NCBI GenBank assembly: GCA_030390025.1 | Contig: CM059432.1 | Location: forward strand, 151,778,001 to 151,842,000 | Direction: 5' to 3' | DNA from: Squalus acanthias | Taxonomy: Eukaryota | Length of the DNA: 64,000 bases | Shown: piece by piece, positions 1-13,380 of the stretch | Layout of the letters: every line of letters starts with the position of its first letter | How positions within the stretch are numbered: position 1 is the stretch's first letter | Position numbers and translations under genes: made by a program | Notes under the pieces: generated by a model | What the model saw: the letters and a program-made list of their open reading frames with translations, nothing else | What the model was told of the DNA's origin: nothing | Database searches by the model: none

Positions 1-132
1 CTGACGAAGGGTCATCGACCTGAAACGTTAGCTCTGTTTCTCTTTCTACAGATGCTGCCTGATCTGCTGAGTATTTCCAGCATTTTCTGTTTTTATTTTA
101 GATTTCCAGCATCCGCAGTATTTTGCTTTTGA
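1..132 (+). mobile_element. Penelope-like terminal repeat fragment with minimal hammerhead core
   Basis: CTGACGA-agggtc atc gacct-GAAACGTT; same family as 25140-25245 (-) and the degenerate copy near 4070-4260. Confidence 0.65.
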
Positions 133-719
133 TTACAGTAATTGCCTGTCCTAAATGAAATTTTAAAGCTTTGGCCAATCAAGTCGAGTAGCCAAGTTAA
201 GTGGTAAATACTGTAACATTTGATAATCTAAACTCTGTTCAGCAAGCTACTCACTTTTTTTTGCTGAATACTGTTATGTTCTCATTGAGGAGGACACAGC
301 TGCTAAAAGTTGAAATTAGTTTTAAGACTATCTTTCAATATTTACTGTTTGCCCATAAACTTAACAGGTGGCAAGAAAATGCTGCACTTGTTGCTTATTG
401 AAGGCAGTGTGCTTGTAGGAAATTCTGGTTACCAAACAATTTTTTGGTTAAGTGACTGATCTAAATTGGTAAACATAGTCACAGAACTTAGTCTGCTGAA
501 ATAATTAAAATAAATATGCTTTCAGATATTGAACATACACATTTGAAACACTCCAGGGAAATCCTTTCTTTTTAATACAGCAGAAAGTACTTATTAATGG
601 TAACTGCTTAGGCAGTTATGATTCTATGTAGCCATGCTTTGTATTCATTGTGTGTTGTGTATTATCCTGAATTTTATTCCTATGCATAGATTTTTTGTAA
701 GTTTTTTTGCAATGACATT

Positions 720-1430
720 TATACGAACAATGACGGACAGGTAAAGACCATCTCGTCCATCGAGCCTGTCCCACACAATTGCGTATCACAACATATACAC
801 TTCACCCCACCCGAAACTGTGCGATCTCCTGGGAGAGGCAAAAAAACAGATGAAAAACCCAGGCCAATTTGAGAAAAAAAATCTGGGAAATTCCTCTTCT
901 ACCCATCTAGGCGATCGAAACTAGTCCAGGAGATCACTCTGGCCCTGAATTCCCTGCAGTACCTACCTTCTGCAAGAGGTGATCTCCGCCCCAGCCAGAA
1001 ACAAATCCAGCTCTTGCTTGAAGGCATTTAGCGAGTCCGCATCCACCACACAAGACGGCAGCCTGTTCCAGAGATCCACTATTCTCTGGGAAAAGAACCA
1101 CCTCCTGGCATCTGACCTAGATCTAGCCTTATATAACTTAAATTTGTCCTGCCTAACCTATTTAATTGAAATAAACTGTAAGCTGGAACATAATCTATTC
1201 CCTTCATTATCTTATAAACCTCAATCAGATCTCCGCTAAGTCTACGCTTCTCTAAGGTGTAGAGTCCCAACTCTTTTAGCCTATCTTGATAACTTAAGAT
1301 GCTTTAGACTGGGAATTAATCTAGTGGCCCTCCTCTGCACCCTCTCCAAAACCTCAATAATCACCCACCATGTGAGGAGACCAAAACTGGGCACAGTATT
1401 CCAAGTGTGGCCTGACTAAGGTCTAGTACA
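720..1430 (-). mobile_element. CR1 LINE 3' fragment
   Basis: ORF 1079..1270 (LGLYTLEKRRLSGDLIEVYKIM) is the CR1 ORF2 C-terminus, followed by a 3' UTR. Confidence 0.85.
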
Positions 1431-2413
1431 ATGATTTATCAAGATGAAATTCTTTCTTAAGTTTTTGAGTTTCTTCTTGAGTGCTCACTGAAAGTTGGAT
1501 TGTTAGTTCTAATTATTAATGTAGGATGCTTGGTTATACACTTTGCTATAAGCTTCATTTTGTAGACATAGTGAAGAGCAAATATTCTTCAAATCTATGG
1601 GGTAAATGATTCAGGTCCTCATTATATATTCCATGTTTAGTTGGTAACATGGTATTCTGTTTATGCTGTGTGTAAATGTTTTGTGGTGCCGTGTGCTGTT
1701 TTAGGCATGATATATTTTTGAAAGTGTGATGTCATGGGAGATGTTGCAAGAAGTGAAAGACTGCATTTGTTTCCCTGATTGTCAGAGCATAATCTACTTG
1801 AACTGTTGCCACCTTCCGAGAAGCTGAATGTGATTCTTTACAGTATTTGGATGGGGGTTTGAGTTGTTGCTGGGAGCTGTTAGTTCCAGGAAAGACCACC
1901 TTCAAACAGACTTGAATGTTTTTTTTTACTGTTTTGTCAGTGTTATTGAATACAGTGTTGAGTTGTCCATGTCAGGTTCTCTAACTTTGAAACCAACTGC
2001 AGGTGGTGTCCATATGGTACAGTCAACTTTTCATTATGTTTATATAACCAATAGTTGCAAGACTACAATTTTCCAAGTATTTGTTTTGTGGAATACAGTT
2101 TTTTTTTAACAGGGCCTAAATTTGTTCATTAGGGATGTCCACAAAAATGTTCCACTACCAGTACTCCAAATATTAGAACTAAGTTGGATTTTTCAAGATT
2201 TCAGTCCATATTTTCCTCTGCTTTGTGGTATGAATGAAATTGTAAGATTATGTTTGAAATTTATCTGTATCATGCAATTTATTCTGTGTTGAAATTTTAT
2301 AGGTGTTGAATTCCAGGTATTAGTCTTCTTAACCATCACTTAGAGGACTATTCAAAGAGGAAAGTGGTGGAGAAGGCTTACACATCATTTGTTAGGAACT
2401 TTTGTCCATATAG

Positions 2414-3447
2414 TTGGTAAAAAACCTGCAAGGGGACATAGACAGGCTAAGTAAGTGGGCAGAGATTTGGCAGATGGAATACAACACTGGAAAGTGTGAG
2501 GTGATGCACTTTGGCAGGAAAAATCCTAGAGCAATTTATTATCTTAATGGCAAGAAACTGGAGAGTACTGAAGTGCAAAGGGATCTGGGGGTCCTGGTGC
2601 ACAAAACTCAAAAGGTTAGTATGCAGGTGCAGCAAGTGATTAAGAAGGCAAATGGAATGTTGGCTTTCATTGCTAGGGGGATAGAATATAAAAATAGGGA
2701 GGTATTGCTTCAGTTGTACAAGGTATTGGTGAGACCGCACCTGGAATACTGCATACAGTTTTGGTGTCCTTACTTAAGGAAAGACATCCTTGCTCTCGAG
2801 GCAGTGCAAAAAAGGTTCACTCGGTTAATCCCGGGGATGAGGGGGTGGTCATATGAGGAGAGGTTGGGTAGATTGGGACTCTACTCATTGGAGTTCAGAA
2901 GAATGAGAGGCGATCTTATTGAAACATATAAGATTGTGAAGGGGTTGGATCGGGTGGATGCGGGGAGGATGTTCCCGATGACGGGTGAGACGAGAACTAG
3001 GGGACATAGTCTTAGAATAAGGGGCTGCTCTTTCAAAACTGAGATGAGGAGGAACTACTTCACTCAGAGGGTGGTAGGTCCATGGAATATGCTGCCACAA
3101 AAAGCTGTAGAAGCTACAACATTAATTAAATTTAAAACAGAAATAGACAGTTTCCTAGAAGTAAAGGGCATTAAGGGTTACGGGGAGCGGGCAGGAATTT
3201 GGACATGAGTCTAGGTTCGGATCGGTCACGGCCCTGTGGGTAGTGGAGCGGGCCCAGGGACTGTGTAGCCTGATTCTGCTCCTATTTTGTGTGTGCAATT
3301 CTGTTAGATGCAGGAGATGGTTCTGTGATAGATAGTAGATTGGCGGTTAGGATCAGATCAGCCATGATCTTATTGAATGGCGGAGCAGGCTCGAGGGGCC
3401 GATTGGCCTACTCCTGCTCCTATTTCTTATGTTCTTATGTTCTTATG
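2414..3447 (+). mobile_element. Young 5'-truncated CR1 LINE (intact 264-aa ORF2 C-terminus, 3' UTR, (TTCTTATG)n tail)
   Basis: RPHLEYC and RRMRGDLIETYK motifs; microsatellite tail; near-identical to 33381-34430. Confidence 0.95.
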
Positions 3448-4361
3448 AATTAAACACACATGCACACTTACTTGATCCTGTTAGTTTCTGTGACTAAGGA
3501 GAGACGTGGAAAAATTCTGCAAGCATAATAAAAGGCAATACGCTCACCCTGGTGTAATGTTTCTAAATTCAGCATTCAAACTTGTATAGAATGAACAGAG
3601 GTTCATGCAATGCTACTGTCTAGGAGTATTCCATGTATGGAAGAAGTAGTGTGTGAAGCTTTGATGCTGGTAAGGTGTAGACTTTATTGATTTGGTGAAG
3701 TGTGTTGAGGACCAGCTTCTGTGCTCCAAGCTCTGACTTGAGCACTAGCAACTCTTGTGCTGCTCCTGCCATAACCTCATAGACTGGGAGCTCTCTCTCT
3801 TTCATGTTTGGCGGGATGCGCTCTTGCATGATGTGGGCCACAAAATTAATGCATCATTTGTGTTTTTAATCCACATTTGGCCGTCCATTAAAATGGAATG
3901 CATGTGCTCTTTTCAGGGTCCTGGCTTGCTATAGCAGGACTGACACAGTTTCAGCATTGAGATGAAATAAAACTATTCAAAGCAGTTGTTAAAATGCCTG
4001 AAATGCTCTAGAACAGTGTTTTGGCCCTTAAACTAATTCTTTGATTATCCGTAACTGCAAATGATGAAAATCTGACATAAAAAGAGAAAATGCTAGCAAT
4101 ATACAGCAGGTATGTCATCATCTGTATAGACAGAAAATAGGCTAATATTTCTGGTCGAAGTCCTTCATTAGAAATTTTCTACATCTAAAGCATTAAACTG
4201 TTTTTCTTTTTAACAACTGCTGGTGGACCTGTTCTGTGTTTAGTATTTCCTGTTTTTATCTCTCCTATCCTCATTTTGTCTGCCTGTCTGCCCTTCTCCC
4301 AACTAAACTGCCGAGTTCAAGAGCACAATGAGCCACTGTTGCCTTTCTGACTGGGAACAAT

Positions 4362-5148
4362 AGCAACAACTTGCATTTATATAGCGCCTTTAACGTAGAA
4401 AAGCATCCCACGGCACTTCAGAGGTGTAATGGAAATAAAATGGACACCCAGCCAAAGAAGGGATATTAGGAGGGGTGAGCAAAAGTTTGCTCAAAGAGGT
4501 GGGTTTTAAGGAGGGTCTTAAAGGAGGTGAGGGAGGGGAAGAGTCAAGAGGGGTTTAGGGAGGGAATTCTAGAGCATGGAGCCTAGGCGGCTGAACGCAT
4601 GGCTGTGAGTGATGTGGTAAAGGGAGTGGTGATGCACAAGAAGCCAGAGTCAGAGGAATAAAGAGTTTGGAAAGAGAGTTGGGGGCTCTGGTGGAAGTTA
4701 GAGATAGGGAGGGACGAAGATTTAAGGAGAAGTACGAAAATTTTAAACATAAGACCAGAAATCCATGTAGGTCAGTGAAGACATGGGTGAGTGGGTAGCA
4801 AAGTTTTAGATGAGCTTAAGTTTATGGAGGTTGGAAGATGGGAGGCCCACTCGACGGTTGGAATAGTTGAGTCTGGAGGTGGCAAAGGTAAGGACATGGG
4901 TTTCTGCAGCAGATGGGCTGAGAGAGAGGTGGAGACAGGCAGTGTTACAGAGGTGGAAGTGGGCAGTCTTTGTGATGGAGAGGATATGGTGTCAGAAACT
5001 CAGCTCAGGGTCGAATAGTGTGCTGAGCTTGCTAATAGTCTGGTTTAAGTTGAGACATTGGCCAGGGAAGCGGATAGAATTGGTGGCAAGGGTACAGATT
5101 TTGTCACAGGGGCTGAAGAACATCGTCCCAATGTTTAACTGGAGGAAA
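4362..5148 (-). mobile_element. L2-type LINE 3' fragment
   Basis: Minus-strand LNIG...LFDPELSF motif; ATAAATGCAAGTTGTTG tail shared with other copies (13610, 56700). Confidence 0.75.
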
Positions 5149-5504
5149 TAATACTTATAACATAACAGAAACATTTAGAAAATTCTGGAGAAAAAAATGA
5201 CACTCTCCTTGGGACCTGGGCTTCAGTTGCACTTCAGCCCCAGAGCTTAGAAACTTCATTTGGGCTATGGGTGCTTGAGAGCTTCAGGTGTATGTGTGCA
5301 GCCGGGGATGGAGGGTTGAAGTGTAAGCACAATTTTGGTGCTTAGTGCTTTTCATCTGTTTTATTCAGGTTCTCTTTTCAGTTGTAAGCTCCTTGCAAGA
5401 AATTTGGTAGAGTCTATGTCCATTTTGTTACAATTTCAAAGTGGCTAGTAGTCTTCAAGAGTTAGATATTTTCCCCCTTTTAATGCATAAATTTACTATA
5501 TTCT

Positions 5505-6560
5505 AAAGCCCCAATTTTGAAAGAATGGCAGAAATGGGGTCCGGCTGGCCCACTGCACAGGATTACCTGTGCTGGAAGTTCAGAAGCTGGGTATGCTGAA
5601 TTTGTGAAGGAATCTCTCCAATAATTTGAGTAAGCTGCTGGCACATAAAAAGCTTACCCAGCGTGTTTGGCCTGCAGCAATCTTGTAAAATCCATTGAGA
5701 TAGCGGCTCATAAAGGGCTCCAACGTGCTATTAAAGGAAATGTTATGATGGTGGCTAGAAAGTGGGAAAATTATACTCAATGTCACAACAGAGAGATGTG
5801 GGTAACACTGCTCCCTTTGATGCTGAAAAGTTGGAGATCCTCCTGCAGGAAGTGCACCAAGGAAGGTTGCCTTATTTGAGGCTAAAGCAAATGCGTAAGT
5901 GGAACCTGCATAAAGAGATGGAGCCAAACAAATCACTGCAGTCCTCTGTGCGCCTTGTCCCTGGCTAGAAATAAGGAAGAAGTTTGCAGGTAGCAGGAGA
6001 AAGTGTGCTCCTCAATTTTACACACATTTCTTTTGGGGTTCAGTAAATGTGACACAAGTGGAACTCCTGCACCCTCTATAAAATTGCATTTAAAGCCATG
6101 TGCGCTGCCATTACCCCTTTTCTTGCTCTTTCATTGTGCCAAAGCTCGATTGCACATTTTTCTTGCTTGAAGGTTGAGTAAAGGCTAACAGGCTCATCTC
6201 CTGTTGGCGGGCTTCTCTGAGGTCAGCAGCCTTTGATGCAGAGGTTATCTTCATCCTTGGAGTCATCCACCCAGTGTTTCTTCTCCAAAATTTTAGGCAT
6301 GGTGGATTTCCACATAACAGAAGCATTACAGCTACTTCATGAATAATGGCCAATGACTGGTATAATTGTGTTTGTGGTAAGATGCCACCTGAACATTAAT
6401 TGAGTGACCCCTTACAAAATTTACCCTTAAGTCTCTTGTAAAAATGCTCAGCCCCCATACATTTGTAGGCTTAATCAATAAAACAGTGAGTAGAAGAGCA
6501 ACTCCGGTAATCAGTGGGGAGATTCTATTGCGCAGAGAATCTCCCAAAACATAACGCAAC
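5505..6560 (+). mobile_element. Highly degraded Harbinger-like remnant (Myb/SANT-like start)
   Basis: ORF 5762..5968 TAPFDAEKLEILLQEV resembles RRFSDVALEALV in the Myb-like gene at 43100; boundaries uncertain. Confidence 0.35.
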
Positions 6561-6742
6561 GCTATGTTTACCCTTTTCTCTTCCCGCTCTCTCTCTTTTT
6601 CCCCTTTCAATTATTTCTCCTCCACTCTCCCCCCATCTCTTTCGCCTCCTTTTTCTTACCAATTCTCCCCGCCACACCCCCCCCCCCCCCCTCGCCTCTG
6701 TGTCTCTGTCTGTCCTATTTCTCTTTCTGTCTCTCCCTGGCA

Positions 6743-9700
6743 TAGAATCATAGAATCCTAAAGGTTACAGCACAGAAGGAGGCCATTTGGCCCATCAAGC
6801 CCATGCCGACTCTCTGCAAGAGCACTTCAGCTAGTCCCACTCCCCCGCCCTTTCCACGTAGCCTTGCAATTTTTTTTACTTCAGGTACTTATCCAATTCC
6901 CTTTTGAAAGCCACGATTGAATCTGCCTCCACCACCCTTTTAGGCAGTGTTTTCCAGATCCTGACCACTCGCTGCGTAACAAAGTTCTTCATGTTACCTT
7001 TGGTTCTTTTGCCAGTCACCTTAAATCTGTCTCCTCTGGTTCTCGACCCTTCCGCCAATGGGAACAGTATCTCTCTCTATCTACTCTGTCTAGACCACTC
7101 AAGATTTTGAACACCTATCAAATCTCCTCTCAATCTTCTCAACTCTAAGGTGAACAACCCCAGCTTCTCCAGTCTGTCCACGTAACTGAAGTCCTTCATC
7201 CCTGGAATCATTCTCGTAAATCTTTTCTGCACTCTCTCTAAGGCCTTCACATCCTTCCCAAAGTGCGGTGCCCAGAATTGGACACAATACTCCAGTTGCG
7301 GCCGAACCAGTGTTTTATAAAGGTGGTTCATAACTTCCTTGCTTTTGTACTCTATGCCTCTATTTAGAAGCCCAGTATCCCGTATGCTTTTTTTAAACTG
7401 CTTTCTCAACCTGCCCTGCCACCTTAACGATTTGTGCACACATACCCCCAGGTCTCTCTATTCATGCACCCACTTTAGGATTGTACCCTTTAGTTTATAT
7501 TACGCCTCCTCGTTCTTCCTACCAAAATGTATCACTTCACACTTTTCTGCGTTAAATTTCATCTGTCACGTGTCCGCCCATTTCACCAGCCTGTCTGTCT
7601 TCTTGAAGTCTATCACTATCCTCCCCACTGTTCACTATACTTCCAAGTTTTATGTCCCCTGCAAGTTTTGAAAATGTGCCCTGTACACCCAAGTCCAAGT
7701 TATTAATATATATCAAGAAAAGCAGTGGTCCTAGTACCGACCCCTGGGGAACACCACCTTCCACCAGTCTGAAAAACAACCGTTCACTACTGTGTTTCCT
7801 GACACTTAGCCAATTTTGTATCCATGCTGCTACTGCCCTTTTATTCCATGGACTTCAACTTTGCTGGCAAGCCTATTATGTGGCACTTTATCAAATGCCT
7901 TTTGAAGTCCATGTACACCATGTCAACCGCATTGCCCTCATCAACCCTCTCTGTTACCTCATCAAAAAACTCAATCAAGTTAGTTAAACATAATTTGCCT
8001 TGAACAAATCCGTGCTGGCTTTCCTTAATTATTCCACACTTGTCCAAGTGACTTTGTCCCCAATTATCGTTTCTAAAAGCTTCCCCACTACCGAGGTTAA
8101 ACTGACTGGCCTGTAGTTGCTGGGTTTATCCATACACCCTTTTTTGAACAAGGGTGTAACATTTACAATTCTCCAGTCCTCTGGCACCACCCCTGTATCT
8201 AAGGAGGATTGGAAGATTATGGCCAGTACCTCTGCGATTTCCTCCTTCACTCCTCTCAGCATCCTAGGATGCATCCCATCTGGTCCTGGTGACTTATCAA
8301 CTTTAAGTACAGACAGCCTTTCTAGTACCTCCGCTTTATGAATTTTTATCTCATCCACTACCTCCTCTTTCACTATGACTTTGGCAGCATCTTCTTCCTT
8401 GGTGAAGACAGATGCAATGTACTCATTTAGTACCTCAGCCATGCCCTCTGCCTCCATGCATAGGTCTCCTTTTTGGTCCCTAATCAGCCCCACCCCTCCT
8501 CTTACTACCCGTTTATTATTTATATGCCTATAGAAGACTTTTGAATTCCCTTTTATGTTAGCTGCCAATCTATTCTCATACTCTCTCTTTGCCTCGCTTT
8601 CCTTTTTCACTTCCCCTCTGAACTTTCTATATTCAGCCTGATTCTCACTTGTATTCTCAACCTGACACACACTCTTTTTCTGCTTCATTTTACTCTCTAT
8701 CTCTTTCATCATCCAGGGAGCTCTGGCTTTAGTTGCCCTACCTTTCCCCCTCGTGAGAATGTACCTCGACTGTACCCGAACCATCTCCTCTTTAAAGGCA
8801 GCCCATTGTTCAATTACAGTTTTGCCTGCCAATCTTTGATTCCAATTTACCTGGACCAGATCCGTTCTCGACCCACTGAAATTTGCCTTCCTTCAATTAA
8901 GTATTTTTACTCTAGATTGCTCCCTGTCCTTTTCCATAGCTAATGTAAACCTTATGATACTATGATCACTGTTCCCCTGCTGACACTTGCTCCACTTGAC
9001 CCACCCCATTCCCCAGAACCAGATCCAGCAATGCCTCCTTGTTGGGCCAGAAACGTACTGATCAAGAAAGTTCTCCTGAACACACTTCAAAAATTCTTCT
9101 CCCTCTCTGCCCTTTACACTATTACTATTCCAGTCTACATTAGGATAATTGAAGTCCCCCATTATCACTACTGTACAGTTCTTGCACCTCTCTGTAATTT
9201 GCCTACAAAATTGCTCCTCTATATCTTTCCCACGAGTTGGTGGCCTACAGAATACACCCAGTGGTGTAATGGCACCTCTTATTATTTCTTAACTCTTACC
9301 AAATAGATTCTGTCCTTGACCCCTCTAGGACATCCTCTCTCTCCAGCACTGTAACATTCTCCTTAACCAATACTGCCAACCCACCTCCTTTCTTTCCTTC
9401 CCTATCTTTCCTGAACACCTTATATCCAGGAATATATAAAACTCAATCCTGCCCTTTTTTGAGCCAGGTCTCCATTATTGCCACGACATCATATTCCCAT
9501 GTGGCTATTTCCACCTGCAGCTCACCAACCTTATTTATCACGATTTGTGTGTTTACACACATGCACTGTAAACCTATCTTAGACTTTCTTGTATTCTCTC
9601 TTAGTCTGACCGCACGTAATACCTTACTATTTCTTATTCTAGTGCTATCTGTCTCCCCCAATCCTTTGTGCACTTTGTTCCTCCTTTCTTATGCTACATC

Positions 9701-10460
9701 CTGGTGCCCATCCTGCTGCCAAATTAGTTTAAACCATTCCCAACAGCACTAGCAAACGCGCCCCCCTCCCCCGGCCTGTACAGGTCCCACCTCCCCTAGA
9801 CCCGGTCCCGATGTCCCAGGAATCTGAAGCCCTCCCTCCTGCACCATCTCTCCATCCACGCATTCATCTGCTCTATTCTCCTATTTCTATACTCACTAGC
9901 TCGTGGCACCGGGAGTAATCCGGAGATTACGACCTTTGAGGTCCTGCTTTTTAATCTCTTTCCTAGCTCCCTAAAATCTGCCTGAAGGACCTCATCCCTC
10001 TTTCTACCTATGTCGTTGGTACCGATATGGACCACGACCTCTGGCTGTTCACCCTCCCCTCCTCAGAATGTTCTGCAACCGATCAGTGACATCCTTGACC
10101 CTGGCACCAGGGAGGCAACATACCATCCTGGAGTCACGTCTGCGGCCGCAGAAATGCTTGTCTGTTCCCCTAACTATCGATTCCCCTACCACTATTGCTT
10201 TCCCGATCATCCTCCTTCCCCCCAACCCGCCCCTCCGTACAGCTGAGCCACCCGTGGTGCCGTGGACTTGGCTCTGGAGGTACTCCGCAGAGGACCTATC
10301 GCCCTCACCAGTACTGAATACTGGTTGGAGAGCGAGATGCACTCCAGGGACTACTGCACTATCTGCCTGGCCCTCCTTGTCTGTCTGGCGGTCACCCATT
10401 TCCTCTCTGCCTGCACACCCTTATGCTGTGGGATGACCACCTCCTGAAACGTGCTATCCA
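6743..10460 (-). mobile_element. Long degenerate CR1 LINE: ORF1 esterase (SGNH-like) part + ORF2 endonuclease/RT + tail
   Basis: GESIVRG/CCLPGARV/VHIGTND (ORF1); ETWL, IMGDFNYP, KSPGPDG, GVPQGSVLGP, RPQLEYC (ORF2) over frameshifted ORFs; (ATAGAATC)n tail on + at 6743. Confidence 0.93.
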
Positions 10461-11512
10461 CATATGTTAGAACATAGAAATAGTTGTGGAAGCTGAATTC
10501 CGAAGTTTTTAAAAAGGGAGTGGATACATATTTGAACAGAATAAAATTAAAGGGAGAGGGCACAGATGCAGTTGGAAGCAATATATTCAGACAGCCCTTT
10601 GAGAGAGAATCTTTCCTTACACTCTACCAATTTAAGGTTGCAGGGCGTGTTTGAGGTTCATCATCCCACTGCATTCTGGTTGCAAAGTGGTTAATCGAAG
10701 CGTCAAGAATGAAGGTTTAAAGAAAAGAATACATTGAAAGGAGAGAGAAAACACAAAAGGAAAATAAATTAAGACGGTGCTTTGGAACGATCTGTGCTCC
10801 ACTCTCTTCTAGGAGCTAGTCATCCTGAGGTTCTAAGATACTGAGTTAAAATGAGAAAATTATTCACTTTTGTTGCTAGAATGTAAACGAACGGTCAAGG
10901 AGAACTGCTCAGATTGCATTCTTTCAACTCCGGATCCTGAATTCAAAGAAAACGCAGTTGCTAGGCACAATTATTTATATATTATTAAAAAGAGGTTTTG
11001 AAAGAACACTGAACATTCCTGTCCTGTCTCATTTGAAATTGATGTCTGAGCTTGAACCAGCCAGTTGCTCTCTCGAAACAAAGCAGTCTCTGGAAATGCG
11101 TGGGCTATTTCTTTCTGAACTTCATGATCCCAAGGGGGGAGGGGTGGGGGAGTGCAGAAGCTGGTGATTTATAAGTAGCAGCTATTCTGTAGCTTTAGAA
11201 AGCTACTCCATTTCTTTTCCAAATATTTTGTTTTTTAACATATAGCCTCTATTTAATTAACCTCTGATTGGCTTGGAGGTATCTAGTTGAGCATCTTCTC
11301 CATCGCTTCGACTTTGTGGCCTTAAGGAGACAGGCCAGCTTGAGCAGCAAATGGCCATCCTTCAGGCAGTCTCCTTATGCCTGTTGGGAAAGGCTATCAA
11401 GACATATCCACTTTCCTACTTGGAACTGTAAGTGAGTTTGTATCCATTTTCACAGTGGAGGAAGAAAACAAAATACTAGGTACAAGGCAATGTAAAAATA
11501 AGTCAAGGTGAG

Positions 11513-11738
11513 TGACGTAAGAAAACTACTAGGCACTTGGTCTAAGCGTTAAACAAAGCTTTAATCAACTGTTTTACAACATGGAGGTCTAGTTGTCCTT
11601 CACTAGTTCCTGTTAAAGAATGTCCTGAGCAAGCTGGGCCCATGCCCGAGTATTTATACTCTCCCTGGACAGCGCCACCAGCAGGCCGCCCAGTATTATT
11701 TCATAAGTCATTTCCCATGAATGACAAGATTCATGTCA
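11513..11738 (-). mobile_element. Solo LTR, 226 bp
   Basis: TGAC...GTCA termini; perfect 5-bp TSD GTGAG (11508-11512 / 11739-11743); minus-strand TATA (gtataaatac) upstream of ATTAAA; inserted in a CR1. Confidence 0.8.
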
Positions 11739-12000
11739 GTGAGGAACTTAGTGGATTTAATATAATTTTAAAAATGGTAATTGAGAAAATAATGCAACTT
11801 AAGATAGACAGATCTCCAGAACCTGATGGTTTCCACTCCAGGGTATTAAAAGAACTAGGTGAGGACATTTTCCAAAGCTTTTTAGATTCAGGAATTGTTT
11901 GTTTGGATTGATGGGATGTGACAAGTGGTGTTCCCCAGGGATCTGTTCTGGGGACACAACTTTTCACCATATATATTAATGACATGGATGAAGGAATAAT

Positions 12001-12844
12001 GGCCTAGAAATTCGGGTGGTTTGCGCCACCCATTAGCTCCATGAAATGGCGAAAAACGGCGGGCGGCACTCTTCTGCCAGCTGGTAGTGGGTCCTGCAGT
12101 GGCAGCCATTTTCGGCAGTGCTGCCATTGCCTGCTATCGCTGAGATTATTTTAATGAGTTGAAGCGTGACATCAATCGATGTGCAACGCCGAATTGATGC
12201 CAGCTCATCCATTTTGGAGTTCCCTGCTGGCATTGCCGCCAGCACTAAATCACGCCAGTGAATGCTGCCGCTAAAAGGTCTTTCAGCAGCGTTAACGGCC
12301 ATGAGGAGTCTAGCAGGACTTATGAGGATGGACAGCGGAACTTCAAACGCATCCTTTGCCAAGGTGGTTCTTTTAAAGTTTCATTTTTTGCCCATCAGTG
12401 CGTTGGGGGGGCGGGGGGTTGCATTTTCTGGCACCTTTCCGGGAGGCCGACAATGTTTGTGCATCAGTAAATCAATGGGTGAACTCCATTGCAATGATTG
12501 AAGATGATCTGTGATAAGAGCTCTTTTATTTGCATGAATGTGATAAACAAACAAAAAAATCAACAAACATAGGGTGGCAGCTAATATTTTTGGTGCACAT
12601 ACAGCAACAGTTCGGGTCGCTCCTTTCTTCCCCGTTCCCCTACACTGTGACCGGGTGATAGAGGTGACCTTTGGCCTCCTTCTGAGATTAGCGCTGCAAA
12701 GAGCGCATTGCACTAGAAAATCACCGCCACGCTTATGATAACGAACAGGCAGTACCAAAATGCCTGCGCTCTCTTGGCTGGCAGCTGTTATCCTTGGCCA
12801 CCAATGTTACTGGCAAGTTTCCAGTGTTCCCCAATTTCTAGGCC
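12001..12844. mobile_element. Non-autonomous Harbinger-type MITE
   Basis: TIRs GGCCTAGAAATT...AATTTCTAGGCC, identical to the ends of the 36395-43418 element; splits CR1 RT codons. Confidence 0.85.
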
Positions 12845-13054
12845 AGAAAGTTGTATATCCACGTTTGCAGATGACATTAAGTTAGGAGAGACACTTAGTT
12901 TTGTGGTTAGAAGCAGGAGGTTATAAAGGGACATAAACTAAATGAATGGGCAAAGCTATGGCAGATCATAGAATGATGCAGCACAAAAGGAAGCCATTCG
13001 GCCCATCGTGCCTGTGCCGGCTCTTTGAAAGAGCTATCCAATTATTCTCACTTA

Positions 13055-13380
13055 CATTGTAACAGATGCAAGAGCCACTTTGAAACCACGGACACTCGCA
13101 AATTACGAACTACGGACAGCCTTCAATGCACCAATCCCATTTACACCTTTAAAACAGGCAACACAGCCTAACGTCACACTTTAAAATGTTCAAAGTACAT
13201 ACTGTATCTGAGTCTGAAGATCGTGATGACCGATGGATTGTCACTGGATTCCTTTTTGTCCCTACCGGTATCAGGATTTGAATCACCCCTGCAACAGCTG
13301 TCAGTACATACAATGACCATTTTGAAAATAAGGACAGCTGATGCCAGTCTCTTCGGTGTCTGTAATTTACAGGTTTCACT
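13055..13380 (-). other. Candidate endogenous viral element, glycoprotein-like fragment
   Basis: Not similar to any repeat seen here; minus-strand RHRR|DWHQL (furin-like site) followed by a hydrophobic stretch and, in another frame, VNGIG. Similarity to bornavirus G judged from memory only. Confidence 0.35.

Larger units (their letters stand above)
11430..12965 (+). mobile_element. Fragmented CR1 RT, interrupted by a solo LTR and a MITE
   Basis: RSPEPDGFHSRVLKEL, GVPQGSVLG, DMDEGI|ESCISTFADD motifs continue across the insertions. Confidence 0.8.

Noticed and set aside
3620..3841. 73-aa ORF in non-repeat sequence
   Set aside because: Short, no motif or splice support.
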